DNA of 64,000 nucleotides from Octopus sinensis. Taxonomy: Eukaryota. The DNA lies in the NCBI RefSeq assembly GCF_006345805.1, contig NC_042997.1, forward strand, positions 64,728,001 to 64,792,000. Reading direction: 5' to 3'. Shown here in pieces: positions 1 to 12,008 of the stretch. Positions within the stretch are counted from its first letter, which is position 1, and each line of letters opens with the position of its first letter. The position numbers and the translations under genes are program-made. The notes below the pieces were generated by a model. It was not told where the DNA came from. It saw nothing but the letters and a program-made list of their open reading frames with translations, and did not search any database.

Positions 1-182
1 GATTCTGAACACATCATAAATAAACTACCAACCTTACGTAGCGAAGACGAACAGACAACTGATCACTCCGGCCAAGCACATGGAATGTTTATAAATCATA
101 TATCCGGTAAATGGCGGGCTTTTTACGAACTGCATGTCGGGTAATAAAAAGTATTTCGGAATAAGTTTAACAATTAAGGATA

Positions 183-184
<2 letters not shown>

Positions 185-264
<80 letters not shown>

Positions 265-270
265 TATGTA
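185..270. repeat. Compound (CT)n(AT)n microsatellite
   Basis: Directly visible; the source of the YIYI/ERER ORFs at 34-348. Confidence 0.97.
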
Positions 271-296
271 TATGTGTAAGGATATATATGTATATT

Positions 297-525
297 CTTT
301 TATTCTTTTACTTGTTTCAATCGTTTGACTGCGGCCATGCTGTAGCACCGCCTGTAGTGAAACAAATCGATCCTACGACTTATTGTTTGCTAGCCTAGTA
401 CTTATTGTATCGGTCTCTTTTGCTGAACCACTAGATTTGGCGATGTAAACACACGAACATCGTTTTTGAATTGATGGTGGGGGACAAACACCGACACGCA
501 AATACACACATACACATACATACAT
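297..525 (-). mobile_element. SINE family A, 3' (tail) half
   Basis: TTTGACTGCGGCCATGCTGTAGCACCGCC...GGGACAAACAC aligns with the left half of the full copy at 49040-49433 and with copies at 26265 and 47255. Confidence 0.85.
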
Positions 526-553
526 ACACACACACACGTATATATATATATAA

Positions 554-627
<74 letters not shown>

Positions 628-1117
628 GAAGTATGAATTGAAGGTACCGCAGAAGTAAAAATATATAACGAAGTGGATTTGAAAATGCTGTGGTCTTTTA
701 AAGATGTTTATTGACTCGACCGGTTTTACATATTTTCAAAAGTAAAATAGAAGGCTTTGTGTAGACTTTGTGGTGTAAAAATTGGTGAACATATATGTTT
801 TAAAAACAGTTATACAGTCTTTGACAATGATAGAAAATGTTAAGAAATGGAATCTTTGACTGTGATAAGAAAATGTTACTATTGGCTTTGAGTTTAAACA
901 GTTTACATAAAAGTCTTTAAAATAGGTAATAAAATAAATTCATAATAATTTGTAAGTTCATCAAAATCATGATTGTATATGAACATATATACAGAAAGAA
1001 TTTGTAAACAGTATTTGATAGGAGAAAAGCGGGTGATGCTTAGTCAAAACTTCATCAGAAATTATATTTAAATATTCATACAGAATTTTAGGGGAATGAC
1101 TAACATCTTTTCATCTC

Positions 1118-2330
1118 CAGCCCTGTAGGTGTGTTTGGCAAGGATGTTTGCTATTTTAGAAATAGTGTGCACGTCTGTGTGTGTATGCGTGTACTTTGTA
1201 TTTGTGAGGGTGCTGGGTGTGCGTGTGTGTGTATGTGTTTGTTTGTGTGTGCATGTGTATGACTTTGTGTGTACGTTTGTATGTTTGTATGTGTTGTGTT
1301 GGTCAGGGTGGTGTGTGCGTGCACGTGAATATATGTATGTGTCTCTCTGTATGTATGTAGTGCTATAATTGCCCGGGTAGTGTGTGTGTATACACGTATG
1401 TGTGAGCGGGAGCAAATATATGTATGTGTGTGAGTGTATATGTGTGTGTGAGTGAGCTGTCAGGGGCTCTGTGTGTTCGTGTGCACGTACTGTGAGTGTC
1501 TGTAATGAGTATGCGTTTGTGTGTGTATATGTGGGTATTGTTGATGTAGTTTTCGGGTGTGTTCGCTATATTTCTTGTGGCGATGTGTATGTGTGTACGT
1601 GTGCTTGCGTGTGTGTGTATGTTATATTTCCGTGTGGGGTGCGCATATGTTTGGGTGTATTTTTGTGAGTGTTTTATTTGTATTGTTTGTGCAGTGTGTG
1701 TGTATATGTGTGAGTGCGTTTGTGTGAGTGTGTCTTGTGTTTGTCAGGGTGGTGTGTGTTATTGTGTGCATGTGTGCTTGCGTGTGTGTATGTGTGCATG
1801 TTTGTGTGTCTGTGAGTGTCTGTTGTGAATTGTGATGTTTGGAATTTATTGCGTGTGTACGTGTGTGCATTTCCTTTGGGTGTATGTTTTTTTACTGGAG
1901 AATGGGCATATTGTGTTTGTATGTGTGTATATATGCATGCGTGTGGGGTGGGTTATTTTGTATTTGTGTGTGTTTGTTGTGTATCTGTGTATGTGTGGGT
2001 GTGTTTGCGTGAGTGTGTCTTGCAATTTTCAGGTCGGTGTGTGTGTGAATGTACGTGTTTGTGTATGTGTGTATGTGTGTGTGTGTCTGTGAGTGTTTGA
2101 CGTGATTGCTAGAATTGTATTGCATGTGTACATGTGCGTGTTTTTCTTGGAATGTATGAGTATTCGTGCTCGAGAGTGGGGATACTGTGTATGTGCGTGT
2201 GTGTATGTGTGGGGGGAGGGATTGCATTGTATTTGTGTGTGTGTGTTTGTACATCTGTGTGTTTTTCTGAGTAGGTTTGTTGTGGATGTGTATCTGAAAG
2301 GTGGGGTAGAGGTATTGTGCATCTGTGTCG
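1118..2330. repeat. Long degenerate (GT)n-rich tract with cryptic ~285-bp periodicity
   Basis: GT-dominated low complexity; anchor TCAGG(G) recurs at 1303, 1460, 1744 and 2029. Confidence 0.85.
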
Positions 2331-2334
2331 GCAG

Positions 2335-5300
2335 TCCAAGTGTATTTCTTGAGATGTTAGAGTATGTTGTGGTCTGTATTATGGGTATTTGGTCAGTAGT
2401 AATGTTTGGGTACTGATACAGTGGAGAAACTAGGAATTTGAGGCACTTATATTGTGCATAGAGATCTAACTGGCCACTGAGTGGTATCTGTCTTGTCATG
2501 GGATCCTTCAATTGTTGGCAGTATCTCTGAGGGTAAGACTGATTTGCCCTGTGTAGTCTTTGTGGTACCCTTCACACATAATGATATTTTTTACGACAAA
2601 AGTGTGTCCTGACTGGAATTTATATACTGTGGATGCATGTCCCGCAATTAGAGCGACCAAATAACTTGACAGTAGGCGTTGAGCTTATGTTGGTTAATTT
2701 TTCATTGGTGACTAAGTTTTTTAGGGATTTGGGTTGTCTCTTACTTTTTATTATTTCATGGGTTTCGAGAGATTTTTTAAACGTGGGTCTAGACTCAGTA
2801 GAGAGATGTCTTTGTATATAATCGTGTAAGCTTCTGTATTTCTTGGATTGTGTATTGACAGATATGGGAGACTATTTAAGGAACCTTGAATATGTTTCGG
2901 TTTTCGTAATTCTTGGATATCGATTGTCTTGGACTTTCCATTCCAACTAATGATGCTGGGTACTGTCTTTCGAGAAGAATTTCTGTTACTTCATGGAGAC
3001 TTTTATTCCGCGTTTCAAAATTTGAGACAATTGTACTTATTCTTATCGTTAAATTGAAGGGGATGTTTGTCTTCGTGTGCTTTGGGTGATTGGAGGTGAA
3101 TAGGAGGTGTTGTTTGGAATCTGTCGGGTTGTAGTGGATATCAGTTTCAATTTTGGTGCCATTTTTATAATAAGAATGTCTAGAAAAGGGAGTTTGTCTT
3201 GATTATATTCCATTGTAAATTGGATATTGTTGTTGTCGTTGTTGATTAAATGTTTGAATTTATTGAGTTGGTCAAATGTGTGGGACCATAGAATGAGGCA
3301 GTCATCCAGGTAACGTTTCCAATTATCCAACTGATATTTGTGGAAAGACAGGCCATATTTTAATTTGGATTGTTCATATATTTGTACTTCTAGGTAGGCC
3401 ATCATCAGATTGGCATAAGTTGGGACATTGTTAGTACCCGTTGCAGTTCCTGATACATGTTTGTAGATATTACTATAAACATTTTAAAAAGTTGTTTTGG
3501 ATGATGTACCTAAGATCATCGATGATAAATTCTTTTTTTCTTCTTACGGGGCTTTACTGGGCTTTTTTGCTAGTAAGAATTTAATGAATTCCAGTCTGTA
3601 TTGATATGGAGTCGTAGAATAAAGTTTCATCACATCAAAAGTTACGATGAAAATGTCTTTATTGGCATGTTTGGGGAGGTGGATTAGGAGGTCATGTCTT
3701 ACAATATTGCTATGAGTTTAATTATTGGTTTTAAGAGTATATCAATGAAGTTGCTTAATCTGTGTGTTTCACAGTTTGGACCTGCCACGACTGGTCTCAG
3801 TTTGAAATCATTAGGGTGTGGTACAGTGATGCACTTTGAGGTGGACTTTTTGAATGTTTCGGTAATTATTTTGCTCTTGATTTTCGGAAGCGCTTAGAGG
3901 TTACTGGTCTTGCAATCAAAATTTAAGCAGTTGCATCTCTTTGTCGTTAGGTTGTTTTGATGTTGGCTAATGAGTGTGTTTGATTTGGACATCATTTTTG
4001 AGTGTTGGTATTTCACTATTCTTTCAAAGTAGGTAGTATCTTGTAAGAGGTGAGATACAAGCGTTATTGTATTGTTCTGTGTCCATAATTACGACACTAC
4101 TTCCCTTATGTGCTCCCGTGAATGTGATGTCATGATTGTTTTGTAACTCGAGGAGGATTTCCCATTCCCTTTTACTAGTATTGGATTTGGGTTTAGGAAG
4201 TGAGAGTTCGCTATAAGGGAAGTGTGATATGTAGTCACACAATTTGTCAAGAATTTTGTTCCTGCCTTTTGTAGGATTGTAATTGCATTTATTGCGTACC
4301 ACTGATTCATCGTTATTATTTTCCTTGTCGAAAAATTATTATGTGAGGCGTAATTTTCTACAGATGTGTCAGACATCGTCATGTATTTCATAGAGGTTCG
4401 TGTATTGTGATGTTGGAGTGAATTTCAATCCTTTTGAGAGGTTTTTAATGACTTGTGTTGAGAGGTTTAGGCGTAAACGATTCACTACTTTTGGTTTTTC
4501 GGGATTGGTATGTACCATTTGTTGTGGATTCTGTTGTCTTGGTCTCAAAAATTATTTCTGGAGGTTCTTCTGTCTCCGGTATTTCGGTGTATACTGAAAT
4601 TTCCCCCATTATTGTGTGGCTTTCTAAAGAAGTTTTGGATATTCCCGGGTCTGGGTTGTTGGTAATGTATGTGGTTTTGGTTTCTTAATGTGGGTTAAAA
4701 CCTACAGTCGTGGTTTAGGAACGAATTCCTATGTGTTGGGTGGGATCTACAATTTTGGAAAGGCTAATGTGTGGGCTGGAACCTACAGTGTCGAGTAAAG
4801 TTTTGTCTCGGGTTGGAGGGTTCCTGAGTACACTTGGTAAGGTAAAGTGTTGTCTGTAAGTTCTGGTATTATTGTCAAAGTTTGGAGTGGTGTGTGATTG
4901 ATGTTTTGCGATCTGTTTTATTTGTTGTAGGTGAGGTGTGTGAATTTTAATTGTTCTCAAATATGGGTTGTTTGTATGATGTTCTCTTTTAAAATCCGTT
5001 TCGTAATTGGCGAACCAGGTGGTAATTTTCTCATCGTTGGTGGGGGATGTTCGTTCTTCACCCTTACATTTTTTTCTCCAAGGTCTGGTGGTTTATGACG
5101 GAGTGCACCATCACAGCATTTTGAAATTTCAATTTCCCTTTTGTTATTAATTTCTTGAATTTCTCCTCGTTGGAATTGGCTCTCAGCCGTAACAATCTAT
5201 TTCCATTTTGAAATTTTATGAGGCCAATTTGTCCTTGAGTCTTTGTTGGTTTTCTAGTTCATTTCTGATTGGTTTTATTTGGAGTATTTTAGGAAGGATG

Positions 5301-5585
5301 ATTAGAGTAGAGTTGAGCCACTTTTCATAAAGACCTGCTTTGTTACACTTGCGTACTGTGAGATTTTTTCATCCAAACGTTTAGTGTGTTTATTATTGAG
5401 TAAAAATCTGTCGTATGTTCTTGCGTTTTGAGCATTGCTGTCTGAATGGCTTTGATTCGTTTCTGTAGTGTTGGGGTAATGTCAGGTGTTTGGTTAACTG
5501 TTTTATCTTCCAGGAGTCCATTTAGGTAGAAATGTGACTGCACGACATTATTAGTCAGGCATGAAAGTTTGGAGGAAATTTCCTG
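2335..5585 (-). mobile_element. Penelope-like retroelement (PLE), near full length but frameshifted; C-terminal GIY-YIG with Cys linker (Neptune-like)
   Basis: Minus-strand translations in the correct order: N-terminal CLTNNVVQSHF (~5555), LRPVVAGPNCETHRLSNFIDILLKP (~3800-3725), IVTFDVMKLYS (~3640), GTATGTNNVPTYANLMMAYLE (~3440-3390), WKRYLDDC...IQFTME...LPFLDILI (ORF 3049-3405), linker KRQPKSLKNL...GRSNCGTC (~2730-2635), endonuclease KNIIMCEGYHKDYTGQ..TLR / QQLKDPMTRQIPLS (~2595-2475). Confidence 0.9.
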
Positions 5586-5587
5586 TA

Positions 5588-5740
5588 ATTCTTTAAAGAT
5601 ACTTTGGATATATATATGGGATTATTTCACTTTCCTGCCACCGAATTCACTCACAAGACTTTGGTCGGCCCGAGGCTATAGTAGAAGACACTTGCCCAAG
5701 GTGCCACGCGATGTGACTAAACCATGTGGCCCTCTTGCAC
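5588..5740 (-). mobile_element. SINE family A, 5' (tRNA-head/CORE-like) half
   Basis: CACTCACAAGACTTTGGTCGGCCCGAGGCTATAGTAGAAGACACTTGCCCAAGGTGCCACGC aligns with the right half of 49040-49433. Confidence 0.85.
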
Positions 5741-5759
5741 CTATAATTATATATATATA

Positions 5760-5790
<31 letters not shown>

Positions 5791-5905
5791 CAACAAACAG
5801 GGTGTTCGTTGCGCCACATGGATGTATATAATGTATGTGTATGTGTTTGTATGTGTGTGCTCGTGTGTACGTGTGTTTTTATGTGTCTGCATGTGTCCGT
5901 AGGTT

Positions 5906-5944
<39 letters not shown>

Positions 5945-6699
5945 CTTGTGATAATATCTGATCTGCTTGGCTACCTTATATCCATGTAGGAACAATAGTT
6001 TTAGGAGAAACTTACATTTCGCTTCTAGCGTATGACTAGTTGTTCAATGAAGAAGTATTTTCTTATCGTTAAGCTGACAAAACTGCAGTTGTGTTGAAGT
6101 ATTTTAATCTTTTCAGTTGCAGATTAAGTTTCATTCTAGCCTACGCCACCGTTGCAAATGGTGCTGCACACATAATCACACATAAGCACACACGCGCACA
6201 CACACATGCACACACAATCCCTCACTTAAATTATTCCAAATTAGAACCAATAAAATGAAATATTCGTTAATTCTATGTGAATTCAATTTAAAGTTAAGTA
6301 ACATTAGTAATTAGTAAGTCAATTTGGCACACGAGACACTTATACGTCTTAAATGAGTTACATCACTGTTAAATGGATGATGATAACAATGTGAAAGAAA
6401 TATATCATATTTGAAAAGGATTACAGAAAGCATTCTCAACTCAACACTCAATGATTGCCGCGTCCATCAAGTTCTTAACAGCATGCATGAACGCCGAGAT
6501 ACGAAGAAATACACAATTCATACTTATATAACAATAACAGCCGTGTAATGAATGCTAAGTCAACACAATTTATAAAACCGTTTGGCTTGCGCAGATCGCT
6601 TAACTATTCGCAGCTATTAATCTAAAATTGTTATGGAAACCAGAGTAGAGAGCCATTAGGGATTTTTTAAATGTGAACATACACCCACACAAATCTTTC

Positions 6700-6728
6700 T
6701 CTCACTTTCTTTCTCTCTCTCGCTCTCG

Positions 6729-6770
<42 letters not shown>

Positions 6771-6994
6771 ATACACACACATATATTAGTTTACCTTAGG
6801 TAATCTTTGTGCTAAAAATTAAATCGCAAAATTTCATATGTGGATATATAAATCTGATTCGTTAAAAAATATGTGTATAAATACATACACACACATATAC
6901 ATATACATACATACATATATATAATATATATATATATAATATATATATATATATATACATACATATATACATATACATACATATATATATATAT

Positions 6995-7047
<53 letters not shown>

Positions 7048-7100
7048 TATATATATATATACATGCATATATATATATGTGTGTGTATGTGTGTGTATGC
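6700..7100. repeat. (CT)n and (TA/CA)n microsatellite cluster
   Basis: Directly visible. Confidence 0.9.
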
Positions 7101-7146
7101 GTTTGAGCGTATTGTATAGGGAAGAGATGCATAATTTTATACATAT

Positions 7147-7315
7147 AGGCGCGAGCGTGGCTGTGCAGTAAGGAACTTGCTTTCCATCTAAGTATTATCA
7201 GGTTCAGTCTCCCTGCGTTGCATCTTCGACAACTGTCATCTACTCTATTGTCGGGCCATCCAAAGACTTGTTAATGGATTTAGTACACGGAAAAGGTAAA
7301 GAACCCGTTGTGTAT
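7147..7315 (+). mobile_element. SINE family A, 5' half (diverged)
   Basis: GTGGCTGTGCAGTAAG (A-box-like)...GGTTCAGTCTCC (B-box-like)...CCAAAGACTTGTTAATGGATTTAGTACACGGAAA, the reverse complement of 5588-5740. Confidence 0.75.
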
Positions 7316-7489
7316 GTGTGTGTTTATACATACATAAATATATATATATATATATATATATACATATGCATACGTGTATGCATGAATGTTTATATGTATG
7401 TATGCTTGTGTGTGTGTGTATGTGTGTGTGCGTGATCATTTTAGGATATCGTAGAGTTTAGTGAAAAAGGAAAAAATATTGCATCAAAC

Positions 7490-8860
7490 TATGTAATATA
7501 AAGTATGAAACGGATATGAAGGAAATCCTGAGGAACGAATGTGATATGAAAAGAGATTGTGGAAGTATATAGAGAACATTGATGCCCCAAACGATGAGAA
7601 TAACAAGTCGCACAGCAGAAGAGACATTCCTGAAAGTGTAGCAAATGAAAAACTTATGCGTTTACCCAGCAACAAACCAATAGCCGTTAGGGAAATCAAT
7701 AACCTCGCCACAAACATATTACTGCATAATGAGGAACAGTCTCACAAATCATGATTTGTGACATGGATGAGTTGTCTGCGAACTGGATACGAACATTCTT
7801 CATGTCAATGCTCAAGATTGAGAGCGCTGCTGATTACTTGAAGTATGGTGCCGTAAGCTTCATCAACTAAGCAAAGAATATCTTGCACATGAGATTTCGT
7901 AAAAAGAGTGGGAACACGTGAAAAGATTATTTCACCGTGTCTGGCATACACTAATTTTGAAAGATATTTGACTCAGTATGGCATTCAAAAGACTCGGTGA
8001 GTAACTTCCTTCAGATATATATAATGGTTAGCAGAAAGGTTTTAAACTGGGACCTAAGAATACGAAATGCGTTCACATTAAGAAAATAGACAGACAAAGC
8101 TACCTTGTTTAATCTGTATGGCGTGAATGTGAATCGAAGCTCCGCAAATGATCGTTAGACAGGTGTTTGCATAATCGGCTGGAGACTAATTGTGCTGAAG
8201 ATATCGTTCTGATCACTACATCAGTTAAATTCCAGAATCAGTTTGATAAAGTCATGTCTCTAGTTTCAACAAGAGATCAGCACCAAAAAGAGCTAAACTA
8301 TAGCAGCCACCAGGAAACGAGAAGAATGCCAGGAAATTACGAGAGGACAAATTGACAAATTCAAGTAGATTAACTATATAAAAACCAAACAACAAGCAGG
8401 CAGCAGAGTGGAAATTAGAGCATGACACAGTGCACAAGTATTAATATACAAACCTTTTAATACAATGTGGAGAGACAGTATCCACGATAAAAAATTTAAA
8501 AAAAACATCAATGTGAAATTTCTGAAAGCTCTGACCCGTCCACTAGTCGTGGATGTTGGGTGGAGAAGGCCTTCGAGATGTTATAACTTTGGAGAATGAC
8601 GCAGAATTTTTTGTAAGTTGTCGAGAAAATAGCTCACACCTGGAAACGATCAGAGCGTAATTTTGTGACGATGGTCACTCAGCGGAATGTTATTTTGAGT
8701 CCGCGTCAAAGGAACGGTGGTTAGACGGAAAGCAGTCTCACGGAAGATGGAAAACGAACAAGGATGGAAGACATAACAATTCGATAAGACCAACGTTCCA
8801 GTAAGTGATAAAGGAGGCTGACTCTACCAGAGGTCGGGAAGCTCACTCATCATTCATTCC
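7490..8860 (+). mobile_element. Heavily decayed RTE-type LINE (RT to 3' end)
   Basis: Fragmentary motifs in RT order: PSNKPIAV (~7665), FDSVWH (~7965), CAEDIVLI for YADDIVLI (~8190), KAFEML (~8570), SHGRWK/WKDI (~8740-8775); many stops and frameshifts. Confidence 0.65.
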
Positions 8861-9515
8861 TTCATCCATTTATCCCTTTATTTATTCGTTCATATAGGCG
8901 CAAGCTGTGCATCAGGTACACACACATGCACAAACACACACACACACGCACATACACACACATACACACACACACATGCACACGCACATATATATATATG
9001 AATGAATATACGTGGGTATGTGACTATATACTTTTGGATGGGGCTGTGTGTGTAGGCATGTATGTTAGTAGTTTGTTTTACAAATGAAAGAAATATATTA
9101 AATACGTTATAAAGAGAACGCACACTGCTTTATTTTTGGAGCTGAAATACCAGTGATAGTCATTCGTTTGCTAAATTCTTGTGTATTGCACATTTCAAAC
9201 TATACACATTTAGAAAATTCTATTTATACAATAAATTAAATGCATTATGAGAAACTTTCAAATGTAGGCTCCTGTCACATGAGAAAAAGTGCGTAGATTT
9301 GAATGCACAAGCATATTGCTGTATTCTTAAAATATATCATGACAATTCGATAGCAAATGTAAAATTAAAATAGATATGTTGGGATATGAATTTCTATATA
9401 CACATACACACAGAAACGTATCCATGCCTATATATATGAGTGTGTGTGTGTGTATCTCGTTTGTAGAAATGCATAAATCTGGAAGGGAAGCACATTCTAA
9501 GATGTAGAGCAGTTA

Positions 9516-10540
9516 ATATTATAATAGGAGAGGCCGGTTTATGAGGTGACCCTGGGTTTCTCGCTCATAAGTGGTTTAGCTGGCCTAAGACTTCTTCAAA
9601 ATATGGAGGGGGGAAATGCCACGCTACAAAGTAAACACTAGGTAATTATATTCGTTTACCATTGGCCATTGACCTTCGGCCGCACCATCATCTTGTGGTC
9701 ACCAAATAACCACGGAGGCGAACGATTGTCTCTCTTCAACCTTGATTCTGGGTGGGTGTTTTCTCGACCTAATACTGGAGTTGTTACTCTCAGGGGATGG
9801 TGCGATCAGGTCTTAGTAGCAAGTCTTCCATCTTATGCGTCTAACCACATCCATTGTCTTTCCCAGCAGCAGGTGTATAGTTCGGTGGATGGCGTGCGGA
9901 TGCTTTTGGTCGAGTATCCGAGATCAAATCGTTCCATATTTTTGAGAGACCCGTCGTTTCCGTAAAATATGTAGAAGCACTGCGCTCTTCAGCGATTTAA
10001 CAGGAGCCACACGGTCGCTGTGAAAATCTCTGGCCAGGTAGCGAAAAGGATCGTTTGTAGAAATACATAAATCCAAAGAATCACACTCTTTGGTGTAGGG
10101 CAGTTGATATTATAATAGGAGGTGCTGATTTATGGGGTTAGCCTGAGTTTCTCGCTCATAAGGGGGTTAGCCTGAGTTTCTCGCTCATAAGGGGTTTAGC
10201 CTCACAGCGTATCTTCAGGCCCCAAACACTGTTAGACTAAGACCTCTTCAAAATATGGAGAAAGAAATCCCTCGCTACAAAGGTAAACACTAGGTGATTG
10301 TCTCTCTTTGCCATTGGCCATCAAACTTCGACCGCACCGCCATCTTGTGGTCACCATGTAACCACGAAGGCAAACAATTGTCTCCCTTCGGCTTTGGCTA
10401 TTGGCTTCGGGCTGTAGCATCACTTTGCGGATTCCAAAAGACCAATAGTACTTGGGATCGGAAGATACGCCGCAATGCTGAACTCCTTATTAGCGAGAAA
10501 CCTAAGGTAACCCCATAAGCCGGCCTCCCTATTGTAATAT
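9516..10540. mobile_element. Non-autonomous TIR-type element with duplicated left part
   Basis: 9516-9571 is an imperfect ~55-bp inverted repeat of 10486-10540; a second left end at 10107-10161; 9458-9740 is about 80% similar to 10054-10395. Confidence 0.65.
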
Positions 10541-10548
10541 ATATATAT

Positions 10549-10585
<37 letters not shown>

Positions 10586-11751
10586 TTCTTCGAAATATTT
10601 GAATGCAAAATATTGCTTGTGTTTGCGGAAAGAGATTTCATCTCTAATATTTAGGATGTTATATTTTATATGTGTGTGTGTATGTATGTGTGTGTTTGTG
10701 TGTGTATATATATTTGGATGAGTGTGTGTATAAACATACATATAAATATAAATAAAAGCATACATGTATATAGTAGAGAGGGGTATGTGTAACTGTTAAA
10801 AATCGAGGAAAATGAGAACGTTTACAGGGATTTGATCAAAAGGTACAGCCCTTACATCTATACATAGAGATTTTCTTCGGTGTTATTATCCTAAGTGTAC
10901 CGGTTCACGCAACAAAAAATCTGCATATATAAAATGATTAGAAAAGAACAGAATAACTGATTTGAAGTCTCCAGTTATAATTGATTAGGGATATCGTGCC
11001 TGCACAATGACAGTTATGAAACACTAACACTTGTATCGAACGTGGCACTCACATCTATGCACACACATATACACAACCCACACATATGCATACTGTAATC
11101 AAATGTCACACCTCGGAATCGTACACATAAATATTTATACATATTCATACACTCCCAGACGCAAAAAGTTACATATACATAGTAATAGAAAGAAACATAT
11201 ACCCTTGTATCTTTGTAAGAAAATATGTACATGTTCCGTCATTAAGTCATTTCCTTCCTACAAAGAGTACACCTTCAACGACTTTTCTTCACCTGTTGTC
11301 CCTAGACTGTCATCTTCCTGGTCAAGTTGATTTTGAATTGTCGATGCTTTAGACTATTTACTTTATTTGTTTTAAGTTAGAATTGTTGACCTATGCAGAA
11401 CCATTTATAGCTCTGAGACGAGATGGTCCATAGAAGTCTCTGCCTTATATTCTGAACTCTACACCATGGAAGACTCTAACAGGAGTTTGCTCTCCGTTGT
11501 TATAGCTCTCAGATCATTGGTACATGATAGACAATATGTCAGGAATAAATTAACCTTGTGGAAGAGTAGAATGCTGTAGTTCTATTATGAGTTTTGCCTC
11601 GCATGCACATGCTACGACGCTCTATAGGGCATTTACAACGTCTTGGCAAAGTATTTTCTACACAGTTTTGGTTTTGGATATATCTTAGTTTCCAATCTTG
11701 GCTTTCCATATATGTATGGAAGCTTATATGTATGTGCGTATACATTTATAT

Positions 11752-12008
11752 AAGGTGCATGGTTTAGTGTTTAAGATATTCGGCTCTCGATCGTAAGGTC
11801 GTGAGATCGATACCCGACGGCGCATTGACACTAGACACTTTATTTCACGTTGCTCCAGTTCACTCAGCTGGCAAAACGAGTAGTACCTGTATTTCAAAGG
11901 GCCACCCATGTCACATCCTGTGTCACGCTGAATATCCCTGCGAACTACGTTAAGGAAACGGCGGTGCGTCAGCATGGCCGCAGCTCTGAGCTGAAACAAG
12001 AAAAAAAA
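11752..12008 (+). mobile_element. tRNA-derived SINE family B head/body with family A 3' tail and poly(A)
   Basis: TGGTTTAGTG (A-box-like), GAGATCGATACC (B-box-like); body GTCACGCTGAATATCCCTGCGAACTACGTTAAGG shared with 49885-50247; ends GGCGGTGCGTCAGCATGGCCGCAG...GAAACAAG(A)n. Confidence 0.75.

Noticed and set aside
1035-1062. Minus-strand CTGATGA followed by an AGT-TTTG-ACT hairpin
   Set aside because: No GAAA or stem III/stem I follows; incomplete hammerhead.
34-2511. Many 60-160 aa ORFs ([12 protein letters not shown], poly-L/R/K types), here and throughout the window
   Set aside because: Translations of di-, tri- and tetranucleotide microsatellites; no domain content.
9945-10000. Minus-strand CTGAAGA...GAAAC-GACGG-GTC
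   Set aside because: Neither stem I nor stem II can form; chance co-occurrence.
10232-10423. ORF with RGY...RWRC resembling a FLYWCH/WRKY finger
   Set aside because: The remaining Cys/His ligands are absent and the paralogous copy at ~9600-9740 does not keep the frame.
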